From positions 1-52,574 of the forward strand of contig CBFFRP010000116.1 in assembly GCA_965644295.1 (NCBI GenBank): a stretch of DNA of 52,574 nucleotides. Reading direction: 5' to 3'. Origin of the DNA: Paraphysomonas bandaiensis (taxonomy: Eukaryota > Protista > Chrysophyceae). Position 1 is the first letter of the stretch; each line of letters starts with the position of its first letter. The translations under genes were made by a program, and so were the position numbers. Below, piece by piece: positions 40,621-52,000 of this stretch. The notes beneath the pieces are model-generated. The model searched no databases, had not been told where the DNA came from, and was given only the letters and a program-made list of their open reading frames with translations.

Positions 40621-41151
40621 ATGACAAAACAAAAAACTAATAAATTAAAATCATTACAAAGACACTCTCAACATACTAAAAATACACAACAAACATCATT
40701 ATCAACTAGCGATATCTCCCATTTAGCTGATATTATTAATATTAAAAACATTGAAACAAATGGTTTCTCTAAAGATATATGGATATCATTATCATATCAA
40801 GATAAATGTAATCTTCCTAGATATATAAGTATGCAATTTCGTACATCAAAGAATCCAAAAGAAAAAAAATTAAATATGAAACGTAAACAAGCATTAAATT
40901 CAACTGTTTTAAAGTATAAAAAATATGCTATGCAAAAATTTTATATGAAAAATAAAAAAGCAGTAAAAGAATTGCGTGATGAGAAGAAAATTAGTTCTAC
41001 TAAAGCAATTGGACTGTTATGGGATGCGCTCGATGAGACCTCCAAAAACGAGTGGCTTATAAATAATTGCGATATTCCGGAATCTAGAAATAGCTCACCG
41101 AAAGACGACGGTGAAGGAAGTGCAAGCGACGGTGAAAGTGATAGTGATTAA
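40621..41151 (+). CDS. Small basic protein with a degenerate HMG-box-like segment and acidic tail
   Basis: KKYAMQKFYMKNKKAVKELRDEKKISSTKAIGLLWDALDETSKNEW resembles HMG-box helices. Acidic C-terminus. 176-aa ORF in very AT-rich DNA. Confidence 0.5.
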   Translation: MTKQKTNKLKSLQRHSQHTKNTQQTSLSTSDISHLADIINIKNIETNGFSKDIWISLSYQDKCNLPRYISMQFRTSKNPKEKKLNMKRKQALNSTVLKYKKYAMQKFYMKNKKAVKELRDEKKISSTKAIGLLWDALDETSKNEWLINNCDIPESRNSSPKDDGEGSASDGESDSD

Positions 41152-41938
41152 TTAATCGTATGTGGCTTCGTCTTCAAGCATGACTGATAATAATATTATA
41201 TATTATACACTTTTTTACTCTATGTGGTTGTTGACATATTTTCTTCTACTCGTGTATACAACAAACTTGCTACTACAAGCAATACAGTATACTCTAGGTT
41301 TAAGTTGTTCGTTTGGCGAAGTAGTTAATGTTAGATCTGTCAATACGAATTTATGTCATCGTCAAAGGAAGTGAAAAACAAAACTATCCGACGGGAGCCT
41401 TTTGAATACTATCACAATATAATATTCTTGATGAATCCATTCCTCCGCTCCTCTGTCTACTGTGTGAATTACTTATCTGCCTGTGAAGCAAGCTCGTTTT
41501 CATATCCCTGCCAGAGACTGAAACTGAATTGTAGTTATAACATCGAAAAAATTAACTAACATTAAAAAAAATCTAATCGTATAATTGTCTCTGAAAACCA
41601 GTATCTAGAGCATCACGGATGACGGGTTTCTCAGTTTGAATATTACGTGTCATCTATATACACAAGCACCCCACCGCAGTAATATCGTAGCGCCAATCCT
41701 CCTCGAAAACTAACGACCACGCTAATACACTAATAAGAGCGAGGGGCTGATGCATCACCTATCCACAGTTTCACAGCGAATAAGAAGTCATATTGCAAAC
41801 CAAGTTCCAATAAGCGCTTGTACAAGGGTTGAGCTCTAACCAAACAGCACTACCATTTATATACCTGTACAAAATGATTCACACTCCGATCTGAAAATAT
41901 AGATAAGATACAACTGCCCCAAGGAGTACGCACGATTC

Positions 41939-42820
41939 CTACAGCTCATACGGATGTGCCGGTGGCGCGGACGGTACGACAACTGTTGATTCGCCAAAAG
42001 TATTCTGACTGCCTTCAACCGGTTCTGTGAATAGTTGCTGATGCGAAATAGGCTGCGCAATAACCGGTTCTTCATTTCTGGTAGGGATAACGGAATATCC
42101 ACTTAAATAGCCATTACTTCGTTCCTGGTGTAAGTGAGATTCTGACAGAAGCTGTAAAGTAACTAAAACATAAATCGGATAGAACATAACCCATATTGGT
42201 GGGAACGATTCCTCCAAACATTTGCCGATACACTGCAGCGCCCACGGTGCTGCGCATTCTTGCAGCATATCATCACCTTGTATATGAAATTGATAGCGGA
42301 AAACATTTCTAGCAGCAAAAGGAGTCATGCAGCAACATCCTAGGTAAAATGGCATACCCACAGCACGTTGCAACGCAGTTCCTACTGCGCATTGCATACA
42401 AAAACATGCATAGAGTCCATCTTGAAGGGATCCACTACCAAGAGGCGTTTGGAATTCTTGTGTATTGAATTGTCTACCAGATTGATACGTACGCCCAATA
42501 CGTTTAGAAGTTTGATATATTTGATTTGCAGAACAACAATAACAGAATGTAGGAATAATACAATCTGTACAGTCATCCCCATCATGAATATCATACGCAG
42601 TCCTTATCATCCATCTGATCATATTATTAATATATGAGTCTATAGTATATATATATATTTACCGTAAGGGACATGAAGGGACACAAAAGAGATTATATAA
42701 AAATGGTGAATCATCTAATTGTGTACGTGATAAAGCATATGCACAAGGGGAACAACAGCATGAGAATAAACAAGAATCCATTTCCCCAATATCAAATAAA
42801 TTAATTGAAAATCTAGGCAT
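41939..42820 (-). CDS. PLAC8/Cys-rich family protein with two PLAC8-like repeats (2 exons)
   Basis: MPRFSINLFDIGEMDSCLFSCCCSPCAYALSR.. joined by intron 42662-42615 to RWMIRTAYDIHDGDDCTDCIIPTFCYCCSANQ. Second repeat YACFCMQCAVG..ARNVFRYQFHIQGDD. Confidence 0.8.
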
Positions 42821-43030
42821 GGTTGATAAAAGTATAATAACAGAGTTTCTTATGGTAAAGTTGAATGGTTATATATATGTATGTGTGTCTTATATATGAT
42901 GGATATGGAGAGGATGTTCTCCTCTAGATACACTGATGTGAATGGGTCCTATTAATGGATTAGACTGCTGCTGATGATGTATATGGAGTGTCTCATTGGA
43001 CTCATAGTATACTCCTGTGTGTGGGAATAA

Positions 43031-43161
43031 TTGTGGATATTGATGCATTTTATGTTTATTTCATTGAAAAATCATCGTTTTTTCAATGAAAAGTGAAAAA
43101 AAGTGACTTTTTTAATGAAAAAACGATGACTTTTCAATGAAATAAATGAGCCACAACCACC
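43031..43161. mobile_element. Degenerate, internally deleted second copy of the 10244-10413 palindromic element
   Basis: Shares TTTATTTCATTGAAAA.TCATCG.TTTTTCA.TGAAAAGTGAAAAAAAGTGA...GAAAAAACGATGA.TTTTC.ATGAAATAAA and the terminal CACAACCACC. Confidence 0.8.
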
Positions 43162-43312
43162 TGGCTGAAAATAGCTTATCAAAAGTAGGAGCAGCAGACG
43201 ACATACTCCAAAAAATGAGGACTTGAATATAGAGAATACTGGTAGAATACAATTGTATTTCTGGGAATGTTCCTCACCATGTCCTCTCGCTGTCCCTCTG
43301 CTGCCAGTACGG

Positions 43313-43462
43313 CATTGGCATCATTTATATATTTTTGTTCAAAGATCTCTCTATTATTGAGACAATAATTGTCTGTATTCCAGCCGTAGTTGTATAGCCG
43401 TAATATAGAGTATTTTTACTTCAATTTATTTCCGAAAAATAAGATACTGCCTGTCGATACGT
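43313..43462 (+). repeat. ~150-bp dispersed repeat, copy 3, about 80 bp upstream of the DUF2828-like ATG
   Basis: tatatttttgttcaaagatctctctattattgagacaataattgtctgtattccagccgtagttgtatagccgtaatatagag...cttcaatttatttccgaaaaataagatactgcctgtcgatac. Confidence 0.8.
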
Positions 43463-43542
43463 ATGGCAACACATAGAGAGACACATTAACATCATTCTTA
43501 TTCACATATCTGCATACTGAGAGAGAAAAGAAGATCAATAGA

Positions 43543-45670
43543 ATGTCTGCCTTTGTACCTACATCTGTACCTATGTCTCCCTTCAAACGTGCTGTTTTTA
43601 ACAGTGAAAATCCTGATGATGGTATGCTGCGCACACGAGGAGAGAACAGACACCCTGCTCTAACAGCTGCTGGACTCGGCGACTCTCTTCTGGCTCTCTT
43701 CGATAAATTCTTTCAAGGAATTTCAGAGAATGATCTGCGTGAAAACATCCGCAGAGTGATCGAAGAGTCTCGCGCACAGTCTGATATTGAGATCATCGTC
43801 AATCTATTCGTAATGGCGTTCCACACGAGATGGTGTCGAGGAGGAAAAGGCGCTAAGTTACCTTTCTATCAGTGCCTCAAGATTCTCTATGAAGTGTTTC
43901 CTGTTCCCGTGGAGCATTTAATAAGCCTTATACCACAGTATGGATACTGGAAAGATTTACTGTTGTTACTAGAGGAGGTCAAGGAAAATCCTGTGCGTGG
44001 TGTAAACTATGAGCGTCTTGAAGATGTGGTTTGGAATGTATATATATGCTAAACAACTTTCTGAGGACTACGTTGCTTTACAAACTCATAAAGCAGCTGG
44101 AACTACACTTTCTTTAACTTTTGCGGGAAAATACGCCCCGCGGGAACATAAGCATTTGGATGGATCGCTGAAGGGGGTCAAAAATCTTACGAAGAGAATG
44201 TTCAAAAGCGATTCTAGCATTGTTATTTCCAGTCCTGGGCCAATCCATCCCGATGAAATTGATGACGGTGTACTCATTGACAATCAAGGCGAAGAAATAT
44301 TGGAAGGCAGCAAGAGTCTCCCCCACACCTTTTCCCTGAAACGTAAGTACCGAGAGGTGGTGTCATCACTGGCGACCGCATTAGACATACCGGAGGTTAA
44401 GATGTGTGCACATCAATATAGCGAGATTACAATATCAGGTATTCCCTCAAAATGCTTATCAAAGTACAAGAAAGCCTTTGCAAATGAAAAGTTGCATGAA
44501 GCCCCTCATGGCCCCGTCGAGGAAGAGAGGGGAAACCGATACCCACATAACCCTGACCGCGTCGGGTGTCGCAAGAACCTCATCAACGCGCTCAGCACAG
44601 GAAATGTAAAGGGTGCACTAAACTATCCACACGAGTACGTAGAAAAGGTTTTTAAGAGCAGGGAGATGTCATTTGTGAGCAAGCTGACGGTGAATGCACA
44701 ATGGGTCAGTATGAGGGGAAGTATTGAGCGCATGGTATCTCAGAGACGTGAGTCCAAGGGATCGACCTTATCTGAAGTGTCTCTTGGAAATCTTGTACCA
44801 ATATCGGATGTCTCCAGGTCAATGAGTGGGACTCCAATGGCGGTGGCTATTGGCTTGGGAATTCTATGCTCAGAGCTCTCTAACCCCGCTTTTAAAGACC
44901 TTGTAATGACGTTTTCCGCCGACGCGACGTGGGAGTACTTAGATGACTGCAATTCTTTTGTAGACAAGGTGAAGAAGCTCAAAGCAGCTCACTGGGGGTA
45001 TAACATTAACTTCATAAAAGCCCTGCAACGAGTTTCAGATGTGGTTGGAGACCACCATCTTGCTCAAAAAGATATACCTAACCTCCTGGTAATATCTGAT
45101 ATGCAGTTCGATGAAGCCTGTGGCAGCGATGAAACGGGATTGGCATGGAATACAGCATATGAAAATATAGAAAAAATGTTTCATGACCTTGGTATGGACA
45201 TGAATGGCACACCATTCACCCCGCCCTCTATCATTTTTTGGAACGTACGGGGGTCAGTGGGGTTCCCGGCAGCAGAAGACAACAAGGGAGTGATTCTTCT
45301 GTCGGGATACTCCCCTGCCTTAATGAAGTTTATCCTGTCGGGTGAGATGGAGAAAGAAGAGGAGGAAAAGTGTCAGAATGATCAAGGGGAGGTCATGGTG
45401 AAGAGAAGGAAAGTAGAAGTGACCCCAGCACAGGCATTGCATAACGTTCTTCATGATGAGGCATTTCTACCTGTTAGACATGCTCTCAGCGCCCTGTCCG
45501 AACACCTCGTTGTTCATACTAATAATTTGTTTTCTGATTTGCCACTTCTGAACTCCAATACGAATCGGAACCGGAATCGGAATCAAAAACGGAATCAGAA
45601 ACGGAATCGAATATTAAAATGGTGTAGGGATAAGAGTTGTCCATGGTCTTCAGATACATATAAGCAGTAA
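43543..45670 (+). pseudogene. DUF2828-family (TROVE-like plus vWA) gene split by a frameshift at about 44039-44047 (pseudogene or sequence error)
   Basis: FHTRWCRGGKG, IPQYGYWKDLL, AGKYAPRE, LDIPEVKMCA, PISDVSRSMSGTPM, VISDMQFD, IIFWNVR, LSGYSPALMK motifs. Two overlapping ORFs meet at a (TA)n tract. Confidence 0.75.
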
Positions 45671-46049
45671 AAGAAGAGGAATTAGAGGATGAAAGGGAGG
45701 AAGATGTAGATCGCTTTAGATGTATGATAGAAGCACTGTGTCATGTACACAATTTAGAATAAAATTTACATCGTCCAACATGTAGGAAGAATGATGAAGT
45801 GTTGTTTAATAAGAGTCTACAAAGTAAAGACTTTAACGTACTAGCGTTTTCGATTTGTGCATCCTAAGGAGTGAAACGCTTGCAACATAAAATACACTGT
45901 AATTAATTTCTAATCCTTTTACAACTCAGAACTCTTTGAGATACTGTGATATATTTACAGAAAATGTTAATCGACGGTGTAATAGATTATTTATCTTTGA
46001 ACACAACTCAGAAAATATTCTCTCTCTCTTCTGGTAAAAACACAGTTCA

Positions 46050-49000
46050 ACAAAAAGTTATACCTTTTTAGCTCGCTCCAAGCTCAATGTCTTTATTGAG
46101 ACCGTGGTTGTGTCCCATCAGCGGGTCCGGGCTCAGACTGTTCCCTTCTCTCCAAGCAGGGCAACATTTTGAAACACACCACACTGCCGACAAACATCTT
46201 GTCTTACCATGTTGTACATGCTCCCCGTTAGATAACGTGGCTTGGCAACCTTTCCCTTCACTAACGCCATCAGTTAAACTAAGTGCCTGCACCACTACAG
46301 CGCTGTCAGTCCCTATTGGACATTTCCCTTGTAGATGTATCTGCACCACACTCCGTTCTCTACGGTTACAACCACTCATCGCATGGCTCGTGCGGGTAGG
46401 CACTAGGAAAAGGTGCACTTGTTCATTCCCTAACACCTTTGCTCTCCATCGACCCCGCTACCTTGTAAGACAGGACCATTTCTTGGCGACCGCACAAACC
46501 CACTCCACATGGACAATCTATGGTGCACTCACCAAGCAATCCTCCACCTCTCACGGCTTACCTATCATTCCTATAGACTACACATCTCATTGGATGACTA
46601 CTATACTTTCTACGTGGTATGCGCGAATACAGTCGCTCTACACAGTATACAGCGTATCAAGCTGTACTCTCCCAGTCAACCTCGTCGACTACACAACACA
46701 CTATCACCACCGCATTTACCACTTATATGTGCACCTCTTATATAACCACTCTTTGGAAGCATATTTAATCAATACGTACTCCTTACAAAAATCACCTGAT
46801 ACAATGCAACGTGGAGCCACTCCCTCTACCAAACGAACTTACACCTCGAAGTTTGTTCTCCCTCCCTCCCATCAACTGATGGACAATGATGCGCATGTTA
46901 AGAACGCCCTATCGGATTTCAAGAAATCCAAAGCCGACGTGCCCAGACTTCAGCTTCCATCTACTCGCACGTTCTTGGAATGGAGCAGCTTCGAACCAGC
47001 CATGGAATACCGAACTCTAGTGGTCAGCAACCTGAAAATGACAGACGATACGGCGTTCTTTGGAATCATACATTATCTAATCAATGAATTGGGGTTTCCA
47101 ATTTCACTCCCTACCCCGCAAGACCTCGCTACTTTCAGGGCAGCCGAGGATGCGCGAACTTGCTCAGATTTACCGGCTCCTACGGCGAGCAGAGTAATAC
47201 GAGCATTCGCCCTTGGCAGACCTGGGTACGAGGTCAGGCCGGGTATGGGACAGAATGTCGCTGCTGATTCATGCATGCTCTCAGCGCCTCTCTGTTTTGA
47301 TCTACATATTGAAACTGGCACCTCAGTTGACGACAAAGGGCGTCAACGGACAGAAAGTCGACACGTTCAGTTGTCACTGTTTCAAACCCCAAGAGAACAA
47401 TTCGTCGATCGCTCCATAGAGGAACCAACTCTGGTACCCGTTGCTGCGATATATGGTATGACTGCTGATTCGGCCAGCACCAGGCCTGCACACGCCTACA
47501 GATTGCGGAATATACTGGACATGTTACTTCGCGCAGGAGGCTTTGCCACACTCCCCCCGTACGAAGTATTTTGGACTTTAACTCATTACAAAGGCAAAAC
47601 TAGGGCTACAGACAAAACCTATCGCTATTACCAGATTCTCCTACTTCACCACCCTGTTCGAGACCAAGACTTAAGAACGAAATTTTACAAAGCACTATTC
47701 AACAATGAAGTTGGTGGACATGTAGAACTCAGCCTAGGCTCACTGTGTTGCCGAATGACAAGCAGAGAATCACCCTCGCTTAAGCAATCCAACTGGGCAC
47801 CGACCCTTTCCCTATTTCACATCGCCCTTAAGTCGGAAACACTCCTGCATCCCGTGCAAGTATGGAAGGCATGTGATGCAATAGGGATCCCTGCTGCGGA
47901 TATACAAGACATCATATGGTCTGCGCGTAACCCGATCACTACCAACCGCAGGGAAAAAGAACGATTAATGGAACAAACTTACATCTGTCTTGACAATAAC
48001 AATGACAAGATCAAACTCACCTGGGAACTCTCTCGCCCTAGTATTAACACTTGCCTAAAAAGCGCCCTTGGGGACGAAAACTTACACCTTCTCTATCATA
48101 CCATACCGATTCCTCCAGATCTTCACTCCCAACGTTTTCTGTATGCTCTGAACGAGGCAATTGATACTGAGGACCACAGTTCCCACCACATATCGCCTCC
48201 CATATCCTTCCAGCCCTTTGGTCCAACCACTGTACCACAACAGAGGTCAGCAGCTACTCGTTCCTCCACACCCAAACGGCAAAGACAGGTAGACATTTCC
48301 CCCCCTACCACACCGGCACCGACTCCCACCTGCCCGGAGCTATGCGAAATTGCACTCCACGCGTCCTCAAATCTAGTTCCGCTAACCACGGTACACACCA
48401 TTCTGTCCCGATTGGAAAACGCGGTAACGGACCTTTACAAGATCGACATAGAGACCACACTCGTAGTGCTTGATTACTATAAACATAAAGTCGGCCAATG
48501 CCTACCGAAGAGGAATCAGGAAGACTACGAGCGCGATGACTCCGACATATTCGGGTCTGATTCCAACCGACTTCTACTGGACTGGGACACTTTGGAGGCG
48601 AACAGCACTACACAGATATTTAGTTTGCAAGAGGCCCCCAAGTGGTCACCCCCCAGTCCACACCTACTAAATCCTCAACACGTACTCACATTCGACATGA
48701 AACACACGCCCTTAGACTATCACCTCCGACCACCGCGCAAACCGCCAGACAAATTCCTACGCTCATCGAGCAGTGTACATACAACAAGATGGCATCATGG
48801 ACCAGAATATTCAAGCGACAGTAGTGGGGATGGACCGAGAAAGAGACCTGCCTCTGCTCAGTATAAGAGAAACAAACTCCGACGACAGAGCTGCACACGA
48901 AAACTACAGCAGTATCGTGATGGCACCATCCCATGCCTCCCGCCACATATCCAACGCAGACAGACACGCAGTGCGCTTCGCATGAGTCAATTCAATAAAC

Positions 49001-52000
49001 TCATCTGGAAGGAGCACCTTCGACATAAATCGCAGAAAAGTGAGGCCCCTCCACACCAGCCTGATACCACTCGACCGGCCAGGGATGACATGACTACGAA
49101 CCAAAGGCCGTCCCCCCATGACATAGTCCCACCGCAATCTACATCCCTCGAAAAGTCCACTCCACAAGCCTGCGCAGTGATGTCCTCAACAGATCACAGT
49201 GACAGCCCTCTATGCTCACACGAGATTGCAACATCGTATAAACCATCCACCAGCACTTCTACTCCTCAGGATGGTTCTGGGATAACACAACAAATGTGCT
49301 CCGCAGAACCGATTGAGACCCCACCAGTGTTCATACCGCATCCAGTACCAGCTGCTTTCCTAGACTCCACCCTCCAGGAATGGACGTTCTATTCGCCCAG
49401 TGGATTGCTTGCCATTGCTTTGCAGGAAGAGATGGTCAGCAGTGTGACACAACTACTACAGTTGGGACACGACACTCCCGCTATCCACAGCCACGTGCGT
49501 CGCTCACTGGAAGAGGGAAAAATGATTGTAGCACGCCATTATGCGTATTCAGAGTACAACAACACTCCTACGGCGGGGTTCTGCGGGCTGGCGGCAATTG
49601 CTTCCATTCACTACAAGAGCTCAAATGATAAGCTATACCCGTACCTGGACCCTGATGTTCCAGACTCGAAAGATAAACTGCTCCAAGTCATACAGACGAG
49701 CAGAGAAGTACTCAACTCATACACAACAGAGGAAGCCAAAAAGCTCAACATTGTGGCCATTTGCAAGGAGCTCAAACAACTACTCACCACATATCACAGA
49801 GCACTTCGTAGGAAGAAACCTACTGCCATCGGAATACCCACAGAGAAATGGGGACATACTGATACCATTGCCTTCTTAGCAGAAACCCTGAACATACGGC
49901 TCAGAGTATGGCAGGAAGAACCAGAAGTCCTAGGGCACAACTGGGCGTACTGGTCTACCTTTCACTCAGCCTTCATTCCCAAGACGCAAGAACGGCCATT
50001 TCATGAGGTGTTCTGTTCGGAAGATCATTTCTTCCTAGATACAAAGCTACCAGTAAAACTGGAACTCCACACGCTGTTGGACCGACTCCCTGAACTTGTA
50101 TGCGGACGGATACTCCAGGCACTACCACAACAATCTAATGAAGCTCAATGGCATCACCAGAATCAGGTAGGTACCCATCCTTCGCATAACTGCCAAGGGA
50201 AGGCATATTCCTCTGACAATAGTGGTGACGGACCGATACACCACCCCAAGAATAAGGTACCCAAACACGCCAAGGAAATTGTACCACCGCGTGCACTCCT
50301 CACTGACTATTTCCCTGTCAAATGGAGATCACCTGCTCCCACATCCCCCTCGTTGAATTCTGGCGACCCACCAGCACCGGACATAGCAGACTCAGCTCAC
50401 ACGAGTTCTTCCCCAGGCCCCATCCTACACGCTATGGGACAGGATTTCATGCCATTCCACTCTACGGTTCTGAACAACTGGGTGGAATACGATGACTTCC
50501 ACACCATAGCAGTCGCTCCACAGCCAGAACTAGTACAGGAGATACATTCGCAAATGCTGACCCCAACTAGGATCGCAAATTGGGATAGCTTCATTGACAA
50601 ATTCTCCAGGGCAGACAACTACATCTTTATGACCACATTTCCAAAATGTGAACATACGAAGGGTTCCACGTGCAGCGCACTCCAAATAGCACAGCAGTTG
50701 CAGACTTCCATCAAATCCAATGTGGAGTCCCCGCACGACATTTCCAAGCATATCAGAGCACTCTGCCTGACAAGAGGGGCACCACTTTCCTCCACAAAAT
50801 CACTTCGGATGAGGTTGCAACAATTTGAACACTCTCAAAGAAATCAACCAGACAGCGAACTGGAAATGGACGTGCAGGATTTTCAAATAATACTAGACCT
50901 ACTATCTATACCATACAGGTTATGGGAAGCTGATCAACCACATCTAGTGTCGGGCTGGGCGCAGCTAACGCCTTTCTTCCGGCACTCCCTTACAAGGAAC
51001 CTCACCACGGAAGATGTTACAACCCACGACATCGTCCAAAGCCAACACGGGTTTCACGTTCTTGCTACGACAGGCACTACTAGCATACCTGGTATCCAGT
51101 ACCGACTCAACACTGCTCTCGCACGAACCAAACAACGCATTTCCAACTTACTGCAGCACCTGCGTACCAGACAAGAAGGCGTCAGGATTGAGGATCCCCC
51201 AGATCCACGGCACCTTCAGATAGACACCATCTCGACACAGGCCGAGATACTTGATGTTTCTCTCTCCGCGAGAGTCCGACGCCACCTTGCACAAAGGTCC
51301 CCCAAGGATCATAACCACCTCAGGCAACTCATGTGCGCCATGGGCAGGGTGTATTGTCTAACCCTAAGACCCTCGGCGGTTAGAACACAACAACAAATAC
51401 CAAGCGACGGGTACTGTGCATATAGCACCCTTCATTACATCCATGTCCTTGCAGCCAAAGAGAGGCAAACTCGCTCTTGCTCGAAACTTGACCTCAGGCA
51501 CCACAGAGACCGTCTTACCCTTGCATCCTTCCTTACGAACCTAAGACACACTGCCTTACATGCGCTGTATCGGGATCACCAAGATACGAATTCCATACAA
51601 ACAATACGGAACAAGCTCGTGCATGCCCAAACGGCTCTTGGTATCCCGAACAAGACAACATACACTACGGCAGAGGATATCAACCATTGGCTTTCAGTAC
51701 GTGAGGTCCATATGCTTGCCGCCACTATCCTACCATGTACGACATGGGCACAAAATGGAAATACTCTAAGCATAGTGGGACTACCAACAGACGCACACAC
51801 ATACAATATCACATGGAAGATGGAGGAACTAAGAGACGCTGTCACAGACTCTTATCCACATGTTATACTGCAGGATGCGCATTACTTTCTACTGGACCCC
51901 ACAGGACTTGCCACGGCCCTTGACAACGCACTGCTCGCTCTTGAAAGTAGACTAGCAACCAGTCTCCTACCGACGGACAGCACCATATATAATAATGTAC

